A DNA stretch of 64,000 nucleotides from an uncultured Bacteroidales bacterium (GTDB lineage: Bacteria > Bacteroidota > Bacteroidia > Bacteroidales > VadinHA17). Below are positions 17,601-27,521 of this stretch, piece by piece. Position numbers and translations under genes: made by a program. Location of the stretch: positions 62,183-126,182 of the forward strand of contig CAVTPX010000008.1 of the NCBI GenBank assembly GCA_963736735.1, written 5' to 3'. The number at the start of each line of letters is the position of its first letter. The first letter of the stretch is position 1. The notes below the pieces were generated by a model that ran no database searches, was not told the DNA's origin, and saw only the letters and a program-made list of their open reading frames with translations.

Positions 17601-20102
17601 TTAGAATTGCTGACCTATTACGAAGTGAAACTGGCTTCCGGATGCATCAGGATTGCCTGGAATATCGTCAAACCCGTAGGCCCAGTCTATTCCGAGGAGC
17701 CCGAACATCGGGAGGTTGGCCCTGAGGCCGAATCCTGCCGAGCGGTTCATCCTGAAAGGATTGTACTCCTTCAGGCTGTACCATGCTTTTCCGGCTTCAA
17801 GAAAGGCTAGTCCGTATATTGTTGCCTGCGGATTCAGTGAGACGGGGTAACGAAGTTCAAGTGTCAGCTTGGAGTAGACGTTACCAACCTCAACCCTCCT
17901 GTCTCCCTTTATAACTGTAGGTGTGAGCGAACCGTTTTCATAACCCCTCAGGGCAATGACCTCACGACCGTAAAAGCTGTATCCGGTCATACCGTCGCCG
18001 CCCACATAAAAGTTTTCGAACGGTGAGGGCCCGATATCCTTATTATAGAATCCCAGATATCCGAAGGCTGCCCTGGCGTTAAGCACAAGCTTGTCATTCG
18101 GTGAAAGAGGATAATAGTAATCAGCTTTGAATACAGTTTTATAAAATTCAATCCATCTGTACTTATCCTGGTCACTGGCAGTTGAGAAATCCTTGCCGCT
18201 GATGACTGAATAAGGAGGAGTGGCCTGCAGAGAGAGCGAGAAAGTCGACCCGCTGCGGGGATAAATTGTATTTGGTCCGGCGGAGAATCTTGTGATCCTT
18301 GCGGTAAGTGATGCAAGGTTCGATACACCATTATCAAAAAGGAACTGGAACTGGGTGTAGTTGAGCATGCTGTAACGCTGGAAGCTGCCTTCATAATAGA
18401 CTGAAAAAAAGTCGTCAGGCCATTCCAGCCTCTTTCCAAAACCCACTGAGCCTCCGTCAATTATCATATGCTGCCTTCCGTCTTCATCCATCCGTTTTGC
18501 ATTGGTCATTACAGAACGGAAGTAAGAAAGTGAAAGGGTATTTGGTTTTTTGCCGCCCAGCCATGGTTCTATGAAAGAGAGGTTGTACGACTGGTAAATG
18601 CGGCCGTTTGACTGTGCCCTGATGCTCAGCGACTGACCGTCGCCTGAGGGATAGGGTCTCCATTCGTTCCATTTGAAGAAGTTGCGGATCGCGAAGTTGT
18701 TAAACTTTACTCCCACAGTTCCGACGAGCATCTGTGCGCCCCAGCCTCCGGAAATCTCAAACTGGTCATTCGCCTTTTCCTCCAGTTCGTAAAGCAGGTC
18801 GACGGTACCGTTGATCTGGTCAGGTATAGGAAGCGGGTTGATCTTCTCAGGGTCAAAGTGACCCAACACTGCCACCTGTCTCACGGAGCGGATGATCTTC
18901 TCCTTGCTGAACAGGTCGCCGGGGTTCGTAAACAGTTCACGCCTGGCTACATGTTCATTGGTGCGGGTGTTGCCCGAAATAATTACATCATTAAGGTTTG
19001 CAGGATCGCCCTCGAAAATCCTCACCTCAAGGTCAATGGAGTCACCCTCCACCTTCTGTTCAACAGGTGTAAGCCTCGAGAAGAGGTATCCGTAGTCAAG
19101 ATAAAGTGAGTTAACGGCATCCTGATCCTCGGTAAGCCTCTTGTTGATCATTGTCTGGTTATAGACTTCACCCGAAGGGAAGTTGAACACCCTTGTGAGC
19201 TGATCCTTTGAATAGATGCTGTTTCCCACCCAGTCAACATTGCGGAGGTAATACTGATTGCCTTCGTTAACCTTCATGACCAGGACTATCTTCCCATCCT
19301 CAATTGCATATGTTGAATCTGCAACAAGCCTGAAGTCGCGGAAACCATTCTCATTATAAAAACTCACAAGGCTTTCACGGTCTTCATCGAGCTTGGCCTC
19401 AATGTATTTCGATCCCTTGAAGATGTTGAGGTCCTTCTGTTTGGTGTTTTTCATCACCCGGCGGAGCCGTTTGGCATCGAAATATTCATTTCCCGCAAAC
19501 TGTATTTCGTCGATCTTGACCTTCTCATTCTTTTTGACCACAACATTGAGAGTCACGTTATTGGGCATATCAGGGTCATCTTTCTGGATGATGTCAACCT
19601 CAGTGTTCAGAAATCCCTTTTCGACATAATGTTCGGTGATTATCCTTTTTGCCTTATTGAGCAGGTGGGCTGTTACCTGTGATCCGTTGGGAAGACTCAG
19701 TTTTTCAATTATATCCGTCTCTTCAGACTTCCTGATGCCTTCGAAATTCAATGAGGAAAGCCTGGGTCTTTCCTGCAGGTAAATGTCAAGCCAGATATTG
19801 TCTCCTTCCCTGTTTGTTATTGTAATCTTAACGTCAGAGAAGAGCCCCTGGGCCCACAGTTTTTTTACCGATGATGTAATCTGTTCTCCCGGTATATCTA
19901 TCTTCTGGCCGATCCTGAGTCCTGATATTCCTATCAGTGCGTTAGGTTCAAGGTATTTGACCCCTGAAATGGTTATACCTGCGATTGTATATTCCTCAGG
20001 ATAAAGGAAATTGACAATTTTTTCGGTTGTCTGACCTGAGGAGGCCGCTCCGGGAATTATCAAAACGAAAAGGATAAGTAGTCTCCTGATTTTTTCTCTC
20101 AT
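17601..20102 (-). CDS. bamA: Outer-membrane protein assembly factor BamA
   Basis: 833 aa. Signal peptide, repeated POTRA-like segments, C-terminal beta-barrel ending ...FHFVIGQQF (aromatic terminus). Confidence 0.92.
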   Translation of the reverse strand: MREKIRRLLILFVLIIPGAASSGQTTEKIVNFLYPEEYTIAGITISGVKYLEPNALIGISGLRIGQKIDIPGEQITSSVKKLWAQGLFSDVKITITNREGDNIWLDIYLQERPRLSSLNFEGIRKSEETDIIEKLSLPNGSQVTAHLLNKAKRIITEHYVEKGFLNTEVDIIQKDDPDMPNNVTLNVVVKKNEKVKIDEIQFAGNEYFDAKRLRRVMKNTKQKDLNIFKGSKYIEAKLDEDRESLVSFYNENGFRDFRLVADSTYAIEDGKIVLVMKVNEGNQYYLRNVDWVGNSIYSKDQLTRVFNFPSGEVYNQTMINKRLTEDQDAVNSLYLDYGYLFSRLTPVEQKVEGDSIDLEVRIFEGDPANLNDVIISGNTRTNEHVARRELFTNPGDLFSKEKIIRSVRQVAVLGHFDPEKINPLPIPDQINGTVDLLYELEEKANDQFEISGGWGAQMLVGTVGVKFNNFAIRNFFKWNEWRPYPSGDGQSLSIRAQSNGRIYQSYNLSFIEPWLGGKKPNTLSLSYFRSVMTNAKRMDEDGRQHMIIDGGSVGFGKRLEWPDDFFSVYYEGSFQRYSMLNYTQFQFLFDNGVSNLASLTARITRFSAGPNTIYPRSGSTFSLSLQATPPYSVISGKDFSTASDQDKYRWIEFYKTVFKADYYYPLSPNDKLVLNARAAFGYLGFYNKDIGPSPFENFYVGGDGMTGYSFYGREVIALRGYENGSLTPTVIKGDRRVEVGNVYSKLTLELRYPVSLNPQATIYGLAFLEAGKAWYSLKEYNPFRMNRSAGFGLRANLPMFGLLGIDWAYGFDDIPGNPDASGSQFHFVIGQQF

Positions 20103-20106
20103 TTGT

Positions 20107-20904
20107 TCAGTTGTTTTCCGCTATCTGCTCACTTGTCTTTCCGAATCTTCGTTCCCTTTTCTGGAAGTTGGCAACTGCCTTATAAAAATCTTCCTTACCA
20201 AAATCGGGCCAAAGTTTTTCGGTAAAATATAATTCTGAATACGCCAGTTGCCAGAGGAGGAAATTGCTTATACGCTTTTCCCCGCTGGTACGGATCATCA
20301 GTTCAGGGTCAGGGATACCTGCGGTAGAAAGGTTTTCTGCCAGGGTATCTTCCGTTATATCTGATATGTCAATTTTTTTATCCTGCACATCCGCTGCTAT
20401 TCTGCGGCACGCTTCAGTTATCTCCCATTTTGATGAGTAGCTGAGTGCAACTATCAGCGTCATCCGGCTGCCTGCGGCAGTCAGGCTGATAGTTTCGATT
20501 AGCCTGTCGCGTACAACCGGCGAGAGCCTGTCAAGATCACCAATCACCTTGAGGGCTATTTCGTTTTTCAGCAGTGTTTCAGTCTCGTTATTGAGCGAGT
20601 CGACCATCAGGTCCATCAGCGCCGATACCTCTTCACCGGGTCTGTTCCAGTTCTCAGTCGAGAATGCGTAGAGAGTCAGATAACTGATGCCTGTTTCAGC
20701 AGCAGCTTCAATGACCTTACGTACGGCGCCAACACCATGCTGGTGTCCGTAGACCCTTTCCCGGCCCCGGCGGTGCGCCCACCTGCCGTTGCCGTCCATG
20801 ATTACTGCAACATGCTTCGGAAGCTTGTTCTTGTCTATTTGTTCCCTGAAGGTCAATTCTGTTTCTTTCTTTTTTTCTCCACGTCTCCTGCAAACGCCGG
20901 ACAA
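20107..20904 (-). CDS. uppS: Isoprenyl transferase (undecaprenyl-diphosphate synthase)
   Basis: HVAVIMDGNGRWA, FSTENWNRP, RTSGEKRISNFLLWQ. The ATG at 20904 overlaps the upstream gene by 52 nt. An in-frame TTG at 20856 overlapping that gene's stop would give a more typical ~250-aa protein. Confidence 0.9.
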   Translation of the reverse strand: MSGVCRRRGEKKKETELTFREQIDKNKLPKHVAVIMDGNGRWAHRRGRERVYGHQHGVGAVRKVIEAAAETGISYLTLYAFSTENWNRPGEEVSALMDLMVDSLNNETETLLKNEIALKVIGDLDRLSPVVRDRLIETISLTAAGSRMTLIVALSYSSKWEITEACRRIAADVQDKKIDISDITEDTLAENLSTAGIPDPELMIRTSGEKRISNFLLWQLAYSELYFTEKLWPDFGKEDFYKAVANFQKRERRFGKTSEQIAENN

Positions 20905-21542
20905 CCGACCAGTTTATTGTAAATCTTCCAGGTGAATGAAACACCCATAAAACTGTACCAGTCATTGTTATGCATCCATGTCAGATCTTCAGGATCCACC
21001 ATGTCAGTCAGGCCGTCAAAGTTATCATAAAATGTTTTACGAAAACCATATTCGAATTCAAGACCGATATTGTTGCCAACATTTATCTTGAATCCGGCAG
21101 AGAATGGTATTGAAGGAAAGATCGAAAGATCCGCGGTGTTAACAAGCGTTACCGCAGCTCCGGCAGCTATGTAAGGAGTATAGTCAATACGGCGGCTGCG
21201 TTGTGTCGAGTAAGGGAAGAAGTTATATTCGTAGGTTAGTCCAAATTCACCAAGCATACCCGAGAAAGAGTCGTCGCCGGGGGGAGTCCAGAGATTATTA
21301 ATATCGATGTCTTTCCCCCTGATCTGCCCGCCGAGAAGGTTTGCCCTCACCGCCTGCCTCGGGTTGAAGTTGTACCTGTAAAACAGGCTGGCAGCAGGTC
21401 CGGGGTTTGAAAAGAGGCTGACGGGGTTGAGTTCACCAAGGTAATTCAGTATACCTGCAGAGAAGCCGTAGTCAGCTGAACGCTGGCCATTCGCAGACAT
21501 CAGGGATGCGAGCAGAAAAAGTGATATAAAGGTTTTCCTCAT
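20853..21542 (-). CDS. Outer-membrane beta-barrel protein (DUF6089-like)
   Basis: 229 aa. Signal peptide MRKTFISLFLLASLMSANGQ, alternating beta-strand pattern with aromatic girdle residues. Sits upstream of uppS-bamA. Confidence 0.6.
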   Translation of the reverse strand: MRKTFISLFLLASLMSANGQRSADYGFSAGILNYLGELNPVSLFSNPGPAASLFYRYNFNPRQAVRANLLGGQIRGKDIDINNLWTPPGDDSFSGMLGEFGLTYEYNFFPYSTQRSRRIDYTPYIAAGAAVTLVNTADLSIFPSIPFSAGFKINVGNNIGLEFEYGFRKTFYDNFDGLTDMVDPEDLTWMHNNDWYSFMGVSFTWKIYNKLVGCPAFAGDVEKKRKKQN

Positions 21543-21566
21543 GCCTCTGATGGTGTCATTTGATAA

Positions 21567-22334
21567 TCATCTGAAACTCGGGAGTCCGTTACGGGCAGTC
21601 TTGATCCTGTAGTTGAAGGTAAAACTGAAGGTATGATACACATCATTGCGAGCAGAGAACCTCGGGCTGTGATATCCGTCAAGATAATCCGAAAATGAAT
21701 AACGGCCGCAAAATTCAACCCCGAAGAGGATATTTGGATCGAATGTCACCTTGGCTCCGATTCCAAGCGGAATCACTGCCGTAAATCCGCTGTTTTTCTG
21801 ATCACGGAGGTCAAGAGCCTCATTTACTCTCGCATTGTATGAAGTTCCTCCCACACCCGCAAGTGCATATAAATCAATGCTGTTGAAAAAGTCTTTCAGA
21901 TGATTTCTTGACCGGCCACGGTAAGTCTGAAAACTGTAGCTGTTTCGTTCCCTGTTCCTGATTATATAGTATTCACCTATCAGTGCCGGTTCAAACAGAG
22001 AGGTCAGCGCCTCATACCCGCGGTCTTCATTCGAGCCTCTTAAATCAGTTGCGTGAAGCATTATATAAGCCAACGAAAGCCTTACGGCAACCTCATCAAG
22101 AACATAATACCTGAAAGCTCCTGACACGTTGAACCGTGTCTGTTTAAAAGTTATGTCCTTGAATCCCAGAGCGTTCTCCCCAATCGTAAACCCTCCTACA
22201 TCACCGTAGAACTGTGATGTGCCTAATCCGGCCGAAGCCTCATACCTTTTACTCTTCCAGAGCTGTGCCTCTGCATGGGGCATTACAAGTAACCCCAGCA
22301 TTAACAGGAGAATGAGACGTTTCATTTTTAACAT
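21567..22334 (-). CDS. Outer-membrane beta-barrel protein (porin-fold, function unknown)
   Basis: 255 aa. Signal peptide ...VMPHAEAQ, amphipathic beta-strand periodicity, C-terminal ...NGLPSFR. Confidence 0.55.
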   Translation of the reverse strand: MLKMKRLILLLMLGLLVMPHAEAQLWKSKRYEASAGLGTSQFYGDVGGFTIGENALGFKDITFKQTRFNVSGAFRYYVLDEVAVRLSLAYIMLHATDLRGSNEDRGYEALTSLFEPALIGEYYIIRNRERNSYSFQTYRGRSRNHLKDFFNSIDLYALAGVGGTSYNARVNEALDLRDQKNSGFTAVIPLGIGAKVTFDPNILFGVEFCGRYSFSDYLDGYHSPRFSARNDVYHTFSFTFNYRIKTARNGLPSFR

Positions 22335-22351
22335 TATGACAGTTCTGGCTA

Positions 22352-22359
22352 CAAAGATA
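22352..22359 (-). promoter_or_regulatory. Candidate -7 box (TATCTTTG) for the envelope gene cluster
   Basis: Plus-strand caaagata is an exact TAnnTTTG on the minus strand, 18 nt upstream of ATG 22334. Confidence 0.3.
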
Positions 22360-22402
22360 ATTATTGTACAATATTAAAAACTTAATAATTCCTTAATTAT
22401 TG

Positions 22403-23282
22403 TCAGTTACGGGGGTCAGCACCCCACATCAGCTTATCGCGGATAGTTGAGAAAAAATCATTTCCGTTGAGTGTTACAGTTTGCAGTTTCCTCGAAGGCT
22501 GCCTTATCGACAGTCTTGTTCCCATCGGTGTTTTTATGGCTTTCGAGTCACAGGTTATCAGGTATTCGCTGCATCTCCCTTCGGTCTTCAAGGGTGATCC
22601 GGCTTCCGCCTGTGACAATTATCGGCCTGACAGTCAGGTTATGAGGCGACATTGGTACGATGATTATGCTTTCATCGGAAGGTGAGAGTATAGGACCTCC
22701 CACACTCAGGTTATAGGCAGTGGAGCCTGTGGATGATGAAATTATCAGTCCGTCAGCACGGTATGTATTCAGAAATATGTCGTTGACATGAACCGTGATT
22801 GTGATCATCCTCTGGTCAGCCTTCTGTACTGTCACTTCATTCAGTGCCAGGGATGTCAAATCGCCAAAGAGGTTTTCGGGCTCTGCTACTTCCAGCAATG
22901 ACCTGTGAATGATCTCATAATGCCCGGAGCATAGCATCCCGACAGCAGCCGGGATATCATCATCAGGAATATTTGCCAGGAACCCCAGTCTGCCCGTATT
23001 TATGCCTGCAACAGGGATATCCGTATCTCTTACCTTCAGGGCAGTCTCAAGGAAGGTGCCGTCACCGCCAACGCTTATTATGAGATGAACGTCGGCAGGC
23101 ACCTGCGAAACATCATCGATGAGGGTGACGCGGGTGTCAGCTGCAAATTTCGCCTTACCGTTGCCCATAATATTCAGCCAGATACCAGCTCCCCTGCCGT
23201 CAAGGGCATCAATGAGACGCAGCAGACCCGCCATCGTCTTCTCAGTCAGGTCTTTGCTGAACAGTGCTATTTTTCTTGACAT
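22403..23282 (-). pseudogene. nadK: NAD kinase, split by a frameshift near 22585-22600
   Basis: ORF 22548..23282 has GGDGTFL, NTGRLGFL and TGSTAYNLS, then ends ...GGSRITLEDRREMQRIPDNL*. ORF 22403..22618 in another frame supplies the missing C-terminus (LKTEGRCSEYLITCDSKAI...NDFFSTIRDKLMWGADPRN). Confidence 0.85.
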
Positions 23283-23290
23283 CTTACCGG

Positions 23291-23968
23291 TTAAATATTA
23301 AGGTACTTCATAAGCATGTTGTACCTGTCAGTGTAAAATCGGTCCAGCTCATCATTCTCTGTGACCCAGGTGGTGACTTCGTAGGAGTACCTTTCAAATG
23401 TTTTAATTATCGAAGCCAGGTTTACAGTATTCACCTTGAGAGTTATCTCCAGGCTTGTGGATTCAGGCTTCGAGGTAATGTACATACTCAGTATCCTGGC
23501 ATCATTGCTCTCTATGATCTGGGAGATGCGGCTCATCGAGTAATCACGCTCCAGTACCTGGAGTATGACCAGACCACCAGGTTGTTCAATTGATGCAAGT
23601 GAAGCCATCTGGCTGATAATCTCATTGTAGGTGATTGATCCCCTGTAATGGCTGTTTTCATCGAGCACCGGCACCACTGTAAGCTTGTGCCGCGCAGCCA
23701 GGGATATTACTTCGTATATATGGCGTGAGTCTACGACGAAAGGCCTGGGGAGAGAGAGCTCGTGGTTCCCGATGGGCTCCTCAGGCTGGTTCATGTCATA
23801 GATATCACTGTCAGATATCAGGCCGAGGTAGTCAAGCTCGTTCACGATGGGAAGGTGCGACACCCTGAATATCTCCATCCAGTTCAGCGCTGTCTGCGCC
23901 GTATCTGATGTCTTCAGGGAAGGAATCACATCTGATATCATCTCTTTTGCAACCATTGCCAGCTTCAA
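23291..23968 (-). CDS. CBS-domain pair protein
   Basis: 225 aa. Two CBS-like units (VSHLPIVNELDYLGLISDSDI, KLTVVPVLDENSHYRGSITYNEI) plus a C-terminal extension. Its stop is 8 nt from the nadK start. Confidence 0.75.
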   Translation of the reverse strand: MKLAMVAKEMISDVIPSLKTSDTAQTALNWMEIFRVSHLPIVNELDYLGLISDSDIYDMNQPEEPIGNHELSLPRPFVVDSRHIYEVISLAARHKLTVVPVLDENSHYRGSITYNEIISQMASLASIEQPGGLVILQVLERDYSMSRISQIIESNDARILSMYITSKPESTSLEITLKVNTVNLASIIKTFERYSYEVTTWVTENDELDRFYTDRYNMLMKYLNI

Positions 23969-24004
23969 TTAAGGAATAAAAGTACAAAAAACTGCGGATC
24001 GTTA

Positions 24005-24012
24005 TAACTTTG
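24005..24012 (+). promoter_or_regulatory. Candidate -7 box TAACTTTG for pdxJ
   Basis: Exact TAnnTTTG, 25 nt upstream of ATG 24037. Confidence 0.3.
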
Positions 24013-24036
24013 CAGCCATAATAAGAAAACGGCAGA

Positions 24037-24759
24037 ATGACAAGATTAAGTGTAAACATCAATAAGATTGCGACAATAAGAAATGCACGCGGTGGTAACG
24101 TTCCGGACGTTAAGCTTGCTGCCGTGAAATGCCAGAGCTTTGGTGCTGAAGGCATTACAGTGCACCCAAGACCTGATGAACGTCATATCAGATACCGTGA
24201 TGTATATGAAATCAGGGATATTGTAACAACTGAATTCAACATCGAGGGCAATCCGGGCAGGGAGTTCATCAAACTTGTGTACGATGTCAGGCCTGATCAG
24301 GTAACGCTGGTGCCTGATGCTCATGATGCAGTAACTTCGAATGCAGGATGGGATACTAAGACCAATCTGTCATTTCTGCAGGATGTAATTGCCGGCTTCA
24401 GGGAAAAGGGCATTCGCACCTCAATATTTGTGGGCACCGATGATGAGATGATCAGGTATGCTGCACAGACCGGCACAGACCGTGTTGAGCTGTACACAGA
24501 GCCATATGCTACAATGTACCCTGCCGACAGGGAGGCTGCCGTGGCTCCGTTTGTAAGGGCTGCAGAACTTGCCCGGTCACTGGGGATGGGGCTGAATGCC
24601 GGACATGACCTCGACCTGAACAACCTGCGCTGGCTGCATAAGCATATTCCTTTTCTGATGGAGGTATCTATTGGACATGCACTGATTGCCGACGCCCTTT
24701 ACCTGGGCCTGGAGAACACTATACAGATGTATCTCAGAGAGTTGAAATACAACGTCTGA
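24037..24759 (+). CDS. pdxJ: Pyridoxine 5'-phosphate synthase
   Basis: 240 aa. [54 protein letters not shown]. Confidence 0.95.
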   Translation: MTRLSVNINKIATIRNARGGNVPDVKLAAVKCQSFGAEGITVHPRPDERHIRYRDVYEIRDIVTTEFNIEGNPGREFIKLVYDVRPDQVTLVPDAHDAVTSNAGWDTKTNLSFLQDVIAGFREKGIRTSIFVGTDDEMIRYAAQTGTDRVELYTEPYATMYPADREAAVAPFVRAAELARSLGMGLNAGHDLDLNNLRWLHKHIPFLMEVSIGHALIADALYLGLENTIQMYLRELKYNV

Positions 24760-25368
24760 CTATTTCAGGTGTTTTTCAACAATGGTTCGCAGCACCTCGA
24801 TCCCGACCACATTGTCTCCTCCTCCCGGAATAATTATGTCAGCGTAGCGCTTTGACGGTTCAATGAACTGCAGGTGTGAAGGTTTGACAGTCTCGCCGTA
24901 ACGCGCCAGTACCTGCAGTACAGACCTGCCGCGTTCTATGATGTCACGCTGTATGACTCTTCCGAGTCTGTCATCGGCGTCAGCATCAACAAAAACCTTA
25001 ATATCAAGCATTGACCGCAGGCCCGGATCGGTAAGAATCAGGATGCCCTCGACAACAACCACATGTGCAGGGGAGACAGAAATTGTCTCCTTCGAACGGA
25101 GGCAGGTGAGATACGAATATATTGGCATCTCTATCGGCCGGCCGGCTCTAAGTTCGGCAAGGTGTGCCATCAGCAGCGGCCACTCCACGGATTCGGGATG
25201 GTCAAAATTGATTTTCTGACGCTCCTCAATCGATATTCCCTGGTTATCCTTATAGTAGGCGTCCTGCGGAAGGATCACCACCTCACCGGGAGGAAGCATT
25301 TCGATCAGTTTACGAACCACTGTTGTCTTTCCCGAGCCCGTGCCTCCGGCAATTCCTACGATAAGCAT
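24760..25368 (-). CDS. udk: Uridine kinase
   Basis: 202 aa. P-loop GIAGGTGSGKTT, NFDHPES, VVVVEGIL, RVIQRDIIERGR. Confidence 0.93.
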   Translation of the reverse strand: MLIVGIAGGTGSGKTTVVRKLIEMLPPGEVVILPQDAYYKDNQGISIEERQKINFDHPESVEWPLLMAHLAELRAGRPIEMPIYSYLTCLRSKETISVSPAHVVVVEGILILTDPGLRSMLDIKVFVDADADDRLGRVIQRDIIERGRSVLQVLARYGETVKPSHLQFIEPSKRYADIIIPGGGDNVVGIEVLRTIVEKHLK

Positions 25369-25376
25369 AAAATGAT

Positions 25377-25384
25377 TATTTTTG
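25377..25384 (+). promoter_or_regulatory. Candidate -7 box TATTTTTG for the Dabb/PMI genes
   Basis: Exact TAnnTTTG, 49 nt upstream of ATG 25433, in the 64-nt divergent region shared with udk. Confidence 0.25.
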
Positions 25385-25411
25385 TACTGATTCCGTTTGT
25401 CAACTTATTCT

Positions 25412-25419
25412 CAAAAGTA
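25412..25419 (-). promoter_or_regulatory. Candidate -7 box (TACTTTTG) for udk
   Basis: Plus-strand caaaagta is an exact TAnnTTTG on the minus strand, 44 nt upstream of ATG 25368. Confidence 0.25.
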
Positions 25420-25432
25420 GCAAATTAAATAA

Positions 25433-25735
25433 ATGATAAAACATATTGTCATCTTCAGGCTGACACCACCTTTCACACCCGAAGAAAAGGAGGCCTCGGT
25501 AAACAGACTCAGGGAGATTTTCGAGCCCCTGGGCACGAGTCTGAAGTTCCCGCTTGAATACAGAACAGGAGTAAACGTCCTGGATGCAGAGCATGCCGGT
25601 GACTTTGTGATTGACTCACTCTTTGCCAGTGAAGATGACCTGAAGCGGTATATCCTTAGTGCAGAACACGTGGCGGCAGTCAATGCAGCTTCTTATTTAA
25701 AAAAAACGAAGGTCACAGTTGACTACCTGATTTGA
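25433..25735 (+). CDS. Dabb-family (stress-responsive alpha/beta barrel) protein
   Basis: 100 aa. MIKHIVIFRL...HAGDFVIDSLFASEDDLKRYILSAEHV is typical of the Dabb domain. Confidence 0.75.
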   Translation: MIKHIVIFRLTPPFTPEEKEASVNRLREIFEPLGTSLKFPLEYRTGVNVLDAEHAGDFVIDSLFASEDDLKRYILSAEHVAAVNAASYLKKTKVTVDYLI

Positions 25736-25738
25736 AGC

Positions 25739-26719
25739 ATGAACACACTCTATCCAATTAAATTCAAGCCTGTTCTCAGGGAGGCAATCTGGGGAGGCAG
25801 CGCTCTGCACGAACGCTTTGGCAAGGAGGCCAAACCCGGGAAAAAAATAGGTGAAAGCTGGGAAATAACGGGGATGACCGGAGAGAGTTCGGTAGTTGCC
25901 AACGGTTTTCTGAAGGGCAACACCCTCGAGGAGATCATCGAAATTTATATGGGTGACCTCATCGGTGACGGCCCATTTGAGAAGTTTGGCACTGAGTTCC
26001 CGCTACTGATAAAATTCATCGATGCACGTGATAAACTGTCGATACAGGTGCATCCGGGAGATCAGCTTGCCTTTGAACGTCATCACGCGTGGGGTAAAAC
26101 CGAGATGTGGTATATTCTTGATGCTGTGAATAATGCCGTGATATACACGGGATTCAGACACAAGACGTCAAAGGAAGAATATCTGAAGCATCTTGACGCC
26201 AGGAGTCTCGAGTCATTAATCAATGTAACCCCGGTAAAGGCCGGCGATGCCTTTTTCATTCCGGCAGGAATGGTACATTCAATTGGTGCCGGGGTCATCC
26301 TCACCGAAATACAGCAAACATCGGATGTAACCTACCGCATCTATGACTGGGACAGGGTCGATGCCTCGGGGAAGAGGCGGGAGATGCACACTGAGCTTGC
26401 ACTCGATGCTATAAATTTCGATCTTGACACTACAGGACTCACCAGGGAGATTCCCGAGGTCAACCGTCCTTTGAAACTTGCCGGTTGCAGGTATTTCCAG
26501 ACCAACCTGATCCGGATAAACGTCCCGGTGATCAAAGACTACAGCCTGATTGACTCGTTTGTAATTTATATCTGCACCGAAAGCACCATGCTTGTTGAGT
26601 GCTTCGGCAACACAGAAAAAATCAGCGCCGGGGAGACTGTTATGATACCGGCTTCCGCAGACAGCGTGACCCTGATACCGGTGGGCACGGCAACAATTCT
26701 AGAAGTATTCATACCCTAA
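25739..26719 (+). CDS. manA: Type I phosphomannose isomerase (cupin)
   Basis: 326 aa. PIKFKPVLREAIWGG, LSIQVHPGD, GKTEMWYIL, FFIPAGMVHSIG, SDVTYRIYDWDR. Confidence 0.85.
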   Translation: MNTLYPIKFKPVLREAIWGGSALHERFGKEAKPGKKIGESWEITGMTGESSVVANGFLKGNTLEEIIEIYMGDLIGDGPFEKFGTEFPLLIKFIDARDKLSIQVHPGDQLAFERHHAWGKTEMWYILDAVNNAVIYTGFRHKTSKEEYLKHLDARSLESLINVTPVKAGDAFFIPAGMVHSIGAGVILTEIQQTSDVTYRIYDWDRVDASGKRREMHTELALDAINFDLDTTGLTREIPEVNRPLKLAGCRYFQTNLIRINVPVIKDYSLIDSFVIYICTESTMLVECFGNTEKISAGETVMIPASADSVTLIPVGTATILEVFIP

Positions 26720-26730
26720 AACAAAATAAC

Positions 26731-27489
26731 ATGAAACCTGTAATCACATTCTTATTGACAGCATTGATCGTGGCAGCGTTTTCCTGCACCGGGGGAAATC
26801 CGGGCGACGGAGGAGGACAAAAAGAAAAGCAGGCGGCGGACACAGGTTATACCGGGATGAAAAATTACATGAGAGACGGTGTAAAGGTCAAGGAGGTGCA
26901 CTTCACCAACGGGATCAGGGAAGGGATGACACGAACCTTTTACCGTGGGGGAGTCACGGAGCAGGAGATACCATACAGAGACGGTGCCCGGAACGGAGAG
27001 GCAAAATGGTTCTATCCTGACAGCAAACTCTTCAGGGTCACTCCTTATGAAAATGACACAATCAACGGTGCCCAGATACAGTATTACAAGAGCGGAAGGG
27101 TCAAGGCAAGGATAAACTACGTCAACGGGGACAGGTCACCCCTGCTTGATGAATATGAAATGTCAGGGGTCAAGGTCACTGATTATCCGGAAGTAACTTA
27201 CAGGGTGACAGACCTGTACAAGGAAAGGGGCGTTTATAAGATCTTCGTGGAAATGTCAGATCTGACTGAAAATGTAAATTACTACAGGGGCGACTTCGTC
27301 AACGGTCTTGTTGACCTCTCAGCCTGCAAACCATTGCTTCAGACGGCAACCACAGGCTACCTCGATATGAAAAAGAGTGACAATCCAGGGGCAGATTCTG
27401 TTGTTGTAATTGCGGCTTATCTTACGGGTTTCGGCAACAGGCTATACTACAGAATAGCAATCCCTCTTCCGTATAAAGACCTTAACTGA
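26731..27489 (+). CDS. Lipoprotein with MORN/YwqK-type repeats
   Basis: MKPVITFLLTALIVAAFSC lipobox, then repeats of the G-x-x-x-G-x-x-x-x-Y/F type (REGMTRTFYRGG, RNGEAKWFYPDS, INGAQIQYYKSG). Start set at the ATG at 26731. The longer ORF (26599) overlaps manA and reads as basic junk. Confidence 0.7.
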   Translation: MKPVITFLLTALIVAAFSCTGGNPGDGGGQKEKQAADTGYTGMKNYMRDGVKVKEVHFTNGIREGMTRTFYRGGVTEQEIPYRDGARNGEAKWFYPDSKLFRVTPYENDTINGAQIQYYKSGRVKARINYVNGDRSPLLDEYEMSGVKVTDYPEVTYRVTDLYKERGVYKIFVEMSDLTENVNYYRGDFVNGLVDLSACKPLLQTATTGYLDMKKSDNPGADSVVVIAAYLTGFGNRLYYRIAIPLPYKDLN

Positions 27490-27521
27490 TGTGGTCGATG
27501 CGGGAATAAAAGAGAAGGAAA

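Noticed and set aside
15630-22334. uppS-bamA-skp-skp-murI with two upstream beta-barrel genes, considered as a possible novel envelope system
   Set aside because: This gene order is a well-conserved housekeeping cluster in Bacteroidota. Nothing in the sequences departs from that pattern.
26599-26730. N-terminal extension of the MORN/YwqK-repeat lipoprotein (MLRQHRKNQRRGDCYD...)
   Set aside because: It overlaps the 3' end of manA in another frame and is Arg/Gly/Asp-rich junk. A canonical lipoprotein signal peptide begins at the internal ATG at 26731.
26731-27489. Toxin-antitoxin system (proteins with these repeats are often labelled YwqK-family antitoxin)
   Set aside because: No toxin-like (for example YwqJ deaminase / LXG) gene is adjacent. 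The protein has a lipoprotein signal and is flanked by housekeeping genes. The label reflects repeat similarity only.
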